NCBI GenBank assembly: GCA_904063045.1
Contig: CAJFCJ010000008.1
Coordinates: 744,001 to 808,000, forward strand
Source: Dimorphilus gyrociliatus
Taxonomy: Eukaryota; Animalia; Annelida
Direction: 5' to 3'
Length of the DNA stretch: 64,000 nt
Position numbers and translations under genes: made by a program. Shown one piece after another: positions 37,378-49,138 of the stretch. Each line of letters begins with the position of its first letter. Within the stretch, counting starts at the first letter, position 1. Below the pieces are notes generated by a model. It did no database searches. It saw nothing but the letters and a program-made list of their open reading frames with translations, and was not told the DNA's origin.

Positions 37378-39043
37378 ATGGATAGAACCTTAAAAAAGTG
37401 TCCAACGGTTGACTATGACTTGTTCAAGAAGGGAGAAGCTATCGAAATACAAGGTAAGTTATAAGTGTTTTTTTTCTAAAACTTCAATTTTCGATGTGAA
37501 ACGGGTAAATGTGTGACGTTTATAATTAGTTAATTTCCTATATGTTTCGTTAAACGTATTCTTATTGTTAATAGACAATGAATATTATCTGGATACGAAG
37601 TATATTGTAGAAAATCAGTTGGGAAGTGGCGGATTCGGAACTGTCTATGGCGGGTTTCGAAAAGAAGATCAATTACCAGTAAGTTTTTTCTAATCAGGCC
37701 TAATATTAAACAATATCTAAAAATGTACTATAATTTTTTTCTACCGTAGGTTGCTATTAAAAAGATTAACAAGTACAAAGTGCCTAAGTGGAGCGAGGTA
37801 AGCTTCTTTTTCTTTATTATTGTTCATACTGACGTTTCCCGCCAAAAATTTTGACGCGGGAAAGTGAAAGTTTAGAAAGTAATTCGTTACCGTGACTAAC
37901 CCTAAAATGTTGACAAACAAATGATTCATAGGCCATATGGAGGTCTAATAGGGTTCAGCTGACTCAGCATCACTAATTATTACGTAATTTTTTTCGTCAC
38001 AGTTAAACGGCGAAAGAGTTCCAACTGAAGTCGTTCTTCTTTTAAGAGTTCAGCACATTGAAGGAATTGTTAAACTGATTGAATACTTCGATACGGAAGA
38101 ATATTTTGTGCTTGTACTCGAAAGGCCGAGATCGGTTGTCGATTTGTTCGATTACATATCAGAAAAGTTACTGGTCGACGAGGATACAGCAAGGGACTTT
38201 ATGAAACAAATTGTTAGGATGTTGATACAATGCCACGATTCCGGTGTTACTCATCGTGATATCAAGGATGAAAATCTACTAGTTGATCTGGAGAATGGAA
38301 AATTGAAATTAATTGACTTCGGATCGGGTTCTTTCACTAAGGAGACTCTTTATGATGAATATGACGGTAAGTGAAAATAGTAAAATAACTTTCCATGTTC
38401 AAGCGCGTCGTTCATTATCGATTGCATAATCAGTTCAGGATTATGTAATAGGAGACCACCTGTCTTAGTTATATGTATTGTTTCGAGAGCGATCGATTAC
38501 AATGAATAGTGCTTAATTATGGAAGTCACATGGCTATTGTTTTGGGAACTGTTTATTGTTACTAGCTCCGAATGTTAGTACCACAGTATTCTTTCCCAAG
38601 ACTATCAAATAAGAATAGCCTCCGCTCTGTCGTTAATTGGCAGCTGCATGTATATTCTTAATTAAATGTAATTTTGCTCATGTATGTAATTACTCATTTG
38701 TTCTAATTATTCAGGAACTCGAGTATACAGTCCTCCTGAGTGGGTTCGCTACAAGCGATACTTCTATGGGCCTATGACTGTTTGGTCTCTGGGAATCCTC
38801 TTATACGATATGGTTTGCGGTGACATTCCTTTTGAGAAAGACGAACAAATAATCCGAGCCGAAGTTGAATTTCGGGGTAATATAAGTGAAGAATGCAAGA
38901 ATTTAATAGAAAATTGCTTGTCCGTAAAGTGGGTTGATAGGCCTACATTGAAAGACATTCTCAAACACCCTTGGATGACTATGGGCAGTTTAAGTAGAAC
39001 AAGTTCTCAAAACTCATCGACAAACAGCTTGAATAATAATTAA
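37378..39043 (+). CDS. PIM: Pim-family Ser/Thr kinase, 5 exons
   Basis: MDRTLKK..|..[15 protein letters not shown]|VAIKKI..|[47 protein letters not shown]|[30 protein letters not shown]. The ERP hinge and [10 protein letters not shown] are Pim-type. Confidence 0.96.
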
Positions 39044-42000
39044 TGAGGATGATACGAAACTACACAAAAAACAGACAATTTTTTTTAATTGGTGCTAATT
39101 TTTTTGAAACTTTGCAACGTTTCAATGCAGACTGCAAAAAAAAACCTCTCCGGATAAACTTGGTGTAACGTGTTCAATATTTATTTTAATATTTATGCGT
39201 GTAAATGTTCCATCGCATATTATGTTTCTCACTAGTTTAGGCAATTATCGTTGTTTTTAAATGAATGTCCTAAAGTTCGTAAAGATGTTTTTATTCAATT
39301 GATTGTTGTTATTGGTGATCTGGACGATTTTTGATAGAATTAGAGAAAGTCAGGGAAAATATAAAGTTGTTTTGAAATAATAAAAACCATTGTATTTCTG
39401 TTGAAAAAAATTTTTGCATCTTGCATTCTTTTTATTTTTCCTTCGGGACTGCAGGCGATGTTGTCCACCAGGTCAGTTTGACCTTTGAACTTTTCTCCCT
39501 CATGGTCGCACCACTTTTCTTTTATTTTTCCGAAGCGTATGTCTGGTCGTTAGGGGAAAACTAGCCTTGTTCGAAGACGTGTTTCTCGACGAGGCGTACC
39601 ATTCATAAGTTTATTTGTAACGCTAGAGCGTTGAACTGGTTTTTTTTTATAATGTGGTTCTAGTTTGAGACGCCTATTTGCTACTTCAGATTAAAGATTA
39701 ATGAAGGAAAATCTTTTAAACTCTAGCTATTATACTAGTGTACTAATTTATTTAAATCGTTCAATCGAGGGATTAAAGAGGAAAAATAATAAAATATTTT
39801 ATTAATAGCCAAGTATTATTTAAAAAGATACAAAACTCCTATATTACTTAAAATTATTAGCGTACCAACAATTCTTTTTAAATGCGCACTATTTACAGGA
39901 CATATCCTATTCCGTTACGTAAGATATGAAATTTAATTCCCTTTTCAAAGCAATTTAAGATTATTTTTTTTAGGGGACAAAGGCCATGTTACAAACAAAA
40001 AACAGAAGAGTTTACATGTACTTGTAATTGGTAAATCATTGGTACTTCACATTTTCTGTCTTGTTTCCTTATTCCTCTTTGTGACAAACATCTTTAGGCC
40101 TCTGTTCTAAGGCAACAATTCTATAAAGCATAAGAAGAAGAAGAAAAAACGAAGTAAAAATCGTTAACCGGATGTTATTTTTTGTGACAATAAAAAAGGA
40201 AACGTTTGTAATTTGACAAAAATTTGTTACAGTCACCGTTTGAACCCTCTAATCTCGTAATCACCCGTATTTTGCCTGAACCCGTATTAGAATAATTAGC
40301 CGTAGAACAATGACCCATTAAAATAACTATCGGACATTCAATGATATTAAAATGATAAGGCGTGCGAATGAACATACAGATATTATTTCCCGACTTTTTC
40401 TTTCCGGCAGTTGTTTTTTATTGACATAGATATAGATTTGTATGTCTGTCGGAAGTAAAAAGTATATCCTTTTTATTCATTGTAATTGACAATGAAGATT
40501 GAAGCGTTAATTCGAAAGAGAAAACTACCCCTACACAAAGTAAATAAATAAATAAATACTTCCGCTCTTTTTATCACAGCTTCTTATGACGTAATTTTTG
40601 CGTCTAAAACGTTTAAACAAGTTATCTTAGCAGGAAAACGGCTGAATAATTACACCTTTATAGTAAACATACGATACTTTATAAGCACAATATACGATTA
40701 TGTTTATTCATGTACAATATCCAATGTATGCATAGTACTGAGAAAAGGATAAGTATGAATATATTAAATGTTTTCTTTTAGAAATAATATCTATTCCCTA
40801 TTTACGTCATTCAATATTTATACTTCATAAAAATAAAATAAAACGTCCAACTAAATGACGAAAGACTTTAATGTTTTATTTTATATTTAGTTTTACAAAG
40901 TGTTTGTAAATAAAGGCATCCTTATCCTATTGTGCCTATTCTCAGGCTGAAATGTCAAAACTAAATGATATAGATGTTAAATATTTAGTTTCACTACGCA
41001 TTGTGTTTCTAAATAAGAGACAGACAGATGATAAAAAACCTGTCTCCTAATAGATAAAGTATTTACTAAGAAAGGCGGTTATAAAAGTAGAAAAAGTTAA
41101 AGAAAAAAAAGCATGAACTTTTCCTTTATGACTCTTTTATGTATATAGAATGAAGAAAGATAGCTTGCACTGGGTGACATAGGGCTAGTACAAAAGTTTC
41201 ATCAAGGTCAGACACCGTAAATCAACACGGCAGGATGTAAATGGGTCTAGGCTCGATTTATCATATGCAAAATAGATGCGTCTGGGTCAGAAATATCTCC
41301 GGGGCATTCGTCAACACACCCTACACTACTACAGGGGTCATAAAATACTTAACTCAGAAAGTAAAACCCCGCGGGTGGGCTTAAGTCTTCTTGGTATGTA
41401 AGCAATAATATGAAAAAATAGAAATTTTTTTCAGAGGAAATTAGCTATTGAGATAATAAGCAGTTTAAAAATTTGGACAAAAAATTACATGATCCGCCCT
41501 CTAAATTCTTCCTGTATCTGAATCTATCCTTTTCTCTTTAATAAACGTGCCTAATCGTGTATAGAAAAGAAATTATATAATAAAGAAACGCCCATCCTAA
41601 TCTTATCTACAAGGCTATTTCAAAAGAATTAAAGGGGTTGACACCCTGCGGGAAAGGGGGCTCTATTTAGGAGAGCCACGATCCTTAAAGCTGCCATAAA
41701 AAAAATGACGGAATAATTGTATAGAAACAGACCGAAACGTCCTTTATTTGTCGCTTTCATGAATAATTTAAAAAGAACGTCTAATAGTCGAGAAGACAAA
41801 AAGCAGACGTCACATCTGCGAGCTTGTCGGCTATGGTAAACTGTTGATGCAATCTGCAAAATCGGGATAGTCATTGTTTAACCATCAAGTTTTGTGTTTA
41901 TTCATAGAGACGATTAACGTTGACCGACTTTTAATTATTTACTTGATCAGCCGCAAATATGAATTCATGATGATTTAATAGAAGAAGATAATTAAGTATT

Positions 42001-43437
42001 TGAATTGAGAAAGATTGAGCTAACCGTAGTAATAGTTTATTTTGGTTTTTTTTTGTTTTTAAACGTTATCTATCTACTCTACTTTTATGATTTTATAAAT
42101 CGCCTAATATATTACAAATATTCGTTTAATCTTGTTCAATCATACGCCTCTGCATTACGCCTGCTTCGTCAAAATTCATTTAATTAATGCTAGCTGTCTA
42201 ATTAGTAAAATATACATCAGTTATCGATAATTACCAACTCCAACTGTTGTGATATTTCACTGCATAAATTATAATTGATTGTCACAGTATAACAGTACTA
42301 TTTTCACACGCTAGTCATATTTGATATTCCAATCAATTGTTGCCAATAGTGGGTGTTGAATAATAACAACAAATAAATATATAAACATATTAAAATTAGA
42401 TAATAATAAAAAATAGTCTGCTAAGAATGTACGAAGAGAAGAAACACGCAAGAAAAATTTTTTTATAGCATGTTTAAACGAAGTATTCTTATCAGTGCAT
42501 GCACATGCAAGTCGCGAAAACTCAGTCTGTTGTCGTAAACAAAGCAAAACCGCAATTATTCGTTGTTGTACCCAATTTTTTTCTACTTCTTTGTTCCTAT
42601 CTGTTATGTTTGTTTTTTTCTTTCACATTGTAAGAATTCTAGATCTAATTGTAAAAATTACCTTTATTTTATATTACACTGTATAGATATATAAATAATA
42701 TCTATGTTATATATATTCAGTACTATTTTAATAATTGTTTAATTCAGACTGATAGACAACTGATAGTGGTGTCTGCTAACAGTTGAAGAGTAATCGTTAT
42801 GTAAAGTGCATTGCGAAGGCACAGAGGTAAGTAACCTCGTCCTCCTTCACCCAATAAAAAACAGGTGGAGGAAAGGGCATGAAGAATAAATGAAACTACT
42901 CGAAAGTTCATTTTGCGAACTAATATGTAGATCATATTGATATTTTCTTAGACAATAGACGCTCTTCTTATCAAATTATGCACTTACTGACGTGTATATA
43001 TGGTATTTGATAAGATAATAAACGTTGCCTTTATTCTAAGTAGAAAACGTTTTGATCACGTGACCGGAGTACAATGACCGAGTGCGTAGGTGAATGCCAG
43101 GGTAAGGCGGCCGTTATCGAGCGTCTACACCACTCTTTCGCCTCTTTTTTTTTCTTTAACCGCTCTTGTCCATATTTCTTTCTTGAAAAAATGTGTTGCA
43201 CTTATGTAAGCATAGGGAAAGAAGGAAAAAAAACGTGACAATTGTAAAAACAAATTTAGCAGATGTTTTACTCGTGCTCCAGTTTCCGGTTACAATTTTT
43301 AATTAAGCAGGAATAATAAGCGTGACAGACATTCTCCTATATTCTTTTACTATATTCTAATTTTCTTGCTTCTAGTACGAAAAGATAAAAGAAATATGAT
43401 AATAGTAGTAATAAATACAGACAACATTAATGGAGAT

Positions 43438-43440
<3 letters not shown>

Positions 43441-43468
<28 letters not shown>
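43441..43468. repeat. Poly(A) tract, 28 nt
   Basis: Read directly. Confidence 0.9.
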
Positions 43469-43469
<1 letters not shown>

Positions 43470-46404
43470 CGATGATAAACAAATGAGATGTTGTTTGGGT
43501 TTATGTATGTCTGTGCGCATGTCTGTCTGTGTCTCCAGCCTTTCTCGCCGTCCTATGTATATGAAAAATCTGTTTTTATTTATATTTAATTCCGCGTAGA
43601 GAGAGACAGACAGATAAACTCGTATATTAAATATATTAAATATGCTTATGTATAAATTTATATATATATATATAAATCTATTTATAGATCATTTTTACGC
43701 AATTTAATTGAAAATCTATACATTTTTCTTTGAGCATCTCGTGTACGCAATTGTTTCTAAAAATAACATTAACAAACCTATAAAAACTAATAGTAGTTGA
43801 TATATTTACGCTTGCCCAAGATCGATAGAAATATTGACGTTAACAGAAAATATTTTTAACCCGTATACGTCACTGACCGTTAAGTTATTAGCGTACGGTG
43901 TATACAAACAATGGATAGCATAATTTTTCTCAAGATTCGATTGCTCGAAAGTAGGTTTGGTACCTAGACTGCAACTGTTATATATACGATAGAGAACGTT
44001 TTTACACTCTCCCTAACTGCTCTCTTTTTTATATTATGATTTAAGCCTATACTTTCCCTTTTTTCTCTTTTCTTTTCGTTTTTTCTTCCCTTTTTTTTGC
44101 AATACAATCTGTTCTATGTTAAATACATTTTGTTAAAATAAAAAGAAAATAATACTATCTATCTCTCTCTCTCTCTCTCTCAGATTTAGCCTTAATTTAT
44201 TTTACTACTACTTAAAGGTTCGAGGACTATATGTTTTATCAATGTAGTTCATTGGGTAAGGCCAATATCTCTATATATGTACGTAATTTCTTTAAACTAG
44301 TGCATCAAGTGCGGTCTAGACTCAGGCCAGCCGCATCTGTCTTCTCTTTTTCCCGCCAGAAAAAAAAAGCGGGAACGTCTAGCGGCTCTTTGTACTCCAT
44401 CACGTGACTCAGGTGGCCCTTATCACCATCCTCCCCCCACACATTTCCCACCCGTTGCCACCGCAGCATTCTACTTTCATTCGTAGATAGTTGTTGCGCA
44501 ACAAATGATCATAATAAACATTTGCACACTTGCCAGACAACTACGCAGTCGCCCTAGTTGGAGGTTATGTTATTGTTTTGAAGACAAAAAGGCATTGTTT
44601 AGACGGAGGGAAAGAAACGTCACAATACAATTCAGTTTGTTCAACCCAATTCTGGGGCGGGGCGTCGTATGTTAGTTCAAAGTTCAATCTAGATTGGCCA
44701 ATCGCCAAATTTCACGCCCTTATTTTATTACAAGTAACGACGTTAATTTCAGGTCGGTCTGTAAATAGTAATAATTAAACAAATACTCTTCCCGTTTAGT
44801 GCGAAAAATTTGTTGGAATTTATTAGCATTCCATTCTCAACCGATTTATATTCAGTCACACCCATCGTATTTTAAGGTCTCTGACGAAGCTTATTAATAA
44901 CGAGTGAGTAACCTCAATAATGTTCTGTCTCGAAAAAGCGGGAAAATCCCCGAGTCACGTTGTTGTGTTTATACTTTTCCAGTTATGCGGTTTCACTCCC
45001 TGTTTGGAAGATTGCCAGATTGTAAAACTAGGTTTTTATTGTGCAATTCAGGTTCGTTTCTTATTCCTGAAAGTAATGTTATCCACGGACTACTTTTAAT
45101 TCTGTTAAAACCACGTAAAACTTTCCTATTTGGACAGGAAGTTTTTGAACAATTAAATAGAAAAAAGGGAAAACACCTGCCCTTATTCAAAATTCTATCG
45201 CGTAGAAAGAAACAGTTTTTTTAAGACCGTTGTATTTATAGAAAACAAAGGCTCTGTTAAGAGAGAACGGACGATTAAAGGGAAAAGCCGAGTTTTTGAA
45301 ATTTTCAAAACACGTTCCGGAAAGCTCCCGCATTAATCCGTAATACCTACTATCTAGACATTTAGCCTAACACAGATGGCGCTATTTCATAAGTATCCCA
45401 TTCTGACATCCTTCGATAGGGCAACAGTTCATTCAACTTTCTTAGTGCGTACAAGGAGTGAACGGAAATATTGCTTTTTCCCGCCAAAAAAAATTGTACT
45501 AGTGTTTATCTTGCGGTGGTCGATCAATAACCTTTACTCCCTCTAGTCCCTTACCGCCCTCCACTATAATCAGTCCAAAACTGCCACTCCCAAGAGCTGA
45601 TAAGTGTTTGCAACGTTCCAGGTGGTTGAGAGTAGCTCCCGCCTTAAATTTCACGAATAATCCATATGTGGGTATTTGCGTTCGAATTTTCCTTCTTTGC
45701 ATTCATAAAATTTTTCTCCCTCGCATTTTGAATACAGATAGATAGGTCAAAATCACGGTCTTTGGCGAGAGTCTGGCGCCTCTTTGAAAATTGAGAAACC
45801 CGCGTGTATCTTATTAAAATGATAAGGTTAAAATTAGTCTCTAGACAAATACGTCCCAAAACAGTGCTACAACTGTTAGTACTTATATCTGTAATTTCAG
45901 TTATGGATGTTTAAAAATTTGCAATAATTGCGGTTATATATTGATTTAGAGATTAGCCTAGATTTTGGCGGTTATGAATGCATTCAGATACTATTTTTAA
46001 TTATTATTCACGACGCCTACTTGATTTCATTCAACACGTTTCCCAAAAAGACTCGACCTCAGAAAAAACCATCTAATAGCATTTTTATGATATTATTCAG
46101 AAAATAAGAGCGCGCAATTTCTCCAGTACTTTTTCTAAACACTAGATGGCTGTAGCAGCCAATGAAAAATCTATTTATCCCAAAATCAAATTATAGATAA
46201 ACTAATAAAAATTTTAATAATTTTTAAAACAATTTTAAATATTTGAATTTGTATTTAAAATTAGTTTGAGTTTATACGAAAACACAGTTGACCGGAAAGG
46301 ATTCTAGCAGACATCAGATTATCGATCGAATAAAATATGCAATAAGCTCATGCTTCGGCGGCTTTATAATATTTGCTGACGTTATAAAGAATACAAAGAG
46401 TGAA

Positions 46405-47381
46405 AATGGATGCACCTTTTAAGAAACTCGCTTCGGAGGCAGGATCATTTTTCAGTAGGGCAAAGCAGGTATGAAATATTTCAAATATCATTCGTCCATT
46501 TTACGAATTAAAAAATTATCGACTTTATCCCATTTCCCCACTTCCCTCCCACACAGTTTACTGAAGAAGCGTTAGGTGGGAGTAGTACTGAAAAAACGCC
46601 TTTAGATCCTCATCTGGAACAGCTTTTGCAGCGAGCCGATGCCACTAGAAATCATACAGAAAGAATCGTTAAAGACACAGAAGGCCTTTTACAGCCGAAT
46701 CCCAGCGCTCGGCTCGATAAATTTGTAAATGATGCTCTAGAAAGAAAATCCGGGAGATTAACTGAATCTGAAAACCTTGGCACGGGTATGATGGATGCCG
46801 GAAATGAGTTAGGTGGCCCGTATGGAGCCGCCTTAGCTCGTGTAGGAAGAGCTGAACAACAACTTGGAGGAGCAGAAAAAGAATTTCTAGCTTCGGCAAT
46901 GACAAGTTTTGTTCAACCTCTTCGAGCTTTTCTAGACGGAGATATGAAAACAATACAAAAAGAACGTCGGAATCTAATAGCTAGGCGATTGGATTTAGAT
47001 GCGGCTAGAGGAAGGCAGAAACGAGCTGAGCAAGCAGCTGGAGGTCCTGGGAGTACCAGCGAAGAGTTATTAAAAGCCGAAGCTGATGTACGAAATGCTC
47101 GTAGCGAATTCGAGAGGCAAGCGGAAGTTACAAGATTGCTTCTGGAGGGGATGGGAAGCGCCCATAACCACCATCTGCGTTGCCTACACGATTTCGTCGA
47201 TGCGCAGCATTCATTTTATGCGCAATGCGAAAGGATCACAGCCCAACTTCAAAGGGAACTCGCTAGGTAATGAAAATATTTAAGTACAGTTAAAGAAATA
47301 TCCATCTTATTTTTCCTCTACAGTTGCAACTTGGAAATGGCTCCACCAGTAGTCATCGGCAACGACACTAATATGCAGTAG
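46405..47381 (+). CDS. SH3GLB: Endophilin-B N-BAR protein, apparently without SH3 domain
   Basis: MDAPFKKLASEAGSFFSRAKQ|FTEEALG..LQPNPSARL..ENLGTGMMDAGNELGGPYGAAL..FVQPLRAFLDGDMKTIQKERRNLIARRLDLDAAR..FERQAEVTRLLLEG..|SCNLEMAPPVVIGNDTNMQ* (exon 47324-47381). Confidence 0.9.
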
Positions 47382-47979
47382 GAGATATTCCTCTTGTTTC
47401 AATTTTTCCGTTTCAATATGCTGCCAGTTTATTTGATGTTGTACGAATTCTTAATCTACTTAACAGTCTTACTCTATATCTCTTTTTCTCTAGTCATTAT
47501 CTAAAGTGTGATTTGTCGCTAGTTTACAATGCCTTAGAACTCCTGTTAAACTCAAACACAAAAATATACTTTACTAAAATGTCTATGCCAAAATTAATTC
47601 TATCATAGCTGTGCAGACTTAATATCATTGCGCTAACAAAATTGATTGTTTATTTATTGGGACAGAAATGCCATTAGAAAGTTATTGCTTCTTATTCTTT
47701 CCGGAGAGTTGTCTTTTCAATAGAATTTGAGTGATTTTCTATAGGAGAGATTCTCGGAAGATATAATATGAAATATCGGTAAGCTCTTTTGTCAATAGAT
47801 GTTATTCAATTATTTAAAACTTCTTTTATACTAATACAACTAAAATTTTAAGACAAGTAATAATATGAAAACAATAATTGGCAGCCGGAATTATTACTGA
47901 TATGTCTATTATATATGCTGCTTCTATACTCTATATGCATAAACTTACAACTATTAGTCATCATCCTCATCAAATAATA

Positions 47980-48646
47980 TCATTTTCTATTTGAGATGAA
48001 CACAATACTAATGATTCGTATTAATATTTAAATATTACAGTCTACCGCAAGTTCAATATTTCGCTGCATGATTGAGAAAGAGGAATAGTGATGCTTAAGA
48101 CTTTCTAGAAGAAAGAACTGACTTAAGACGTCTAGAAATTATTCAAACAATCTTACATTTGCCCACTGTCTGAATTCTTCCGGACTTGTTCTAAATACGG
48201 GACCATCATAGAGATTTACTCTAACAACAAAAGCATCAAAAAATGTTTTATAGAACTAAGAGATTTTCAATGAAGGAAGAAGATATGGGCTTCGGTACTT
48301 ATTTCCTTTATTACTACAGTATAAACAAGCATTTTAAAAGGAACATATAGGACTTCACATTTGTTATATGAAATTTTTTTCTATACAGATTACCGAAACC
48401 CCTCGAGAGGAAATGTAGTAATTCATAAATATTTATTACATAATAATACAATATAATAATGAAAATATACAAAGATCATTATTAAAATATCTTTTTTATC
48501 AATTATCCTCTAATTTCCGAATTTTACTAGTCGAACAATACGTTATGCTTCATCAGTTCTTTGATAAAATCAGAGTATTCTCCTATAACAAGATTTTCTA
48601 ATTGAACTACAATATTTTTAGTCTGGTTGGCATGACAATAATACAT
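47980..48646 (-). CDS. Candidate small unannotated multi-exon gene
   Basis: Exons 48255-48157 (FYKTFFDAFVVRVNLYDGPVFRTSPEEFRQWAN) and 48104-48046 (KVLSITIPLSQSCSEILNLR) are joined in frame by a canonical 52-nt intron. Possible first exon from ATG 48646; ends uncertain. Confidence 0.3.
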
Positions 48647-49138
48647 TGTTTTCTTTAATTAAGTTGATAATTGAAAATTTAGAGTGGTTTGAATGATTAA
48701 GTTAATTCCACTTATTGTTTTTATTCTTTATTATAATTTCAGTGACGATATTTCAGGTGAAATAATAATAATAGATCAAAAATGTCTTTATATTAATATA
48801 TAAAGAATATTTATTTAACTTAAATAGGAAATAACTCAGAGGTTCGAGCTTAGCAACAATCACGTGATGTACATAGCAACTAGTAACAGGCTTTAAGGAC
48901 AACTTACTATTTATCTATTGTACCAAACGGATCGGCCCAAACTAATAGAGCTATTAAGTTACTTACAGTGCAATTGAAACAATAAGAGAATCAGCTTTTG
49001 AGATATAGTTTATCAGCCATTGGACTGCGAACAGGAGAAAAATAGTTTAAAGAGAATATTTTCCATGTTTTGTTAAATATAGCTGATTGCTAACGGTTAT
49101 GCTATTGATTAGAGCGTAAAAGAGAATCATAATCGGGT

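Noticed and set aside
40572-40595. TATCACAGC miR-2/13-like seed (also near 34498)
   Set aside because: No complementary arm to form a pre-miRNA hairpin.
43085-43110. GGTGAATGCCA, the 3' half of miR-124
   Set aside because: The seed region does not match and there is no hairpin.
45499-45702. Minus-strand ORF containing LGSGSFG..GVKVI, resembling a kinase glycine loop near Pim
   Set aside because: No downstream exon with HRD/DFG or other kinase subdomains was found in any frame; most likely chance.
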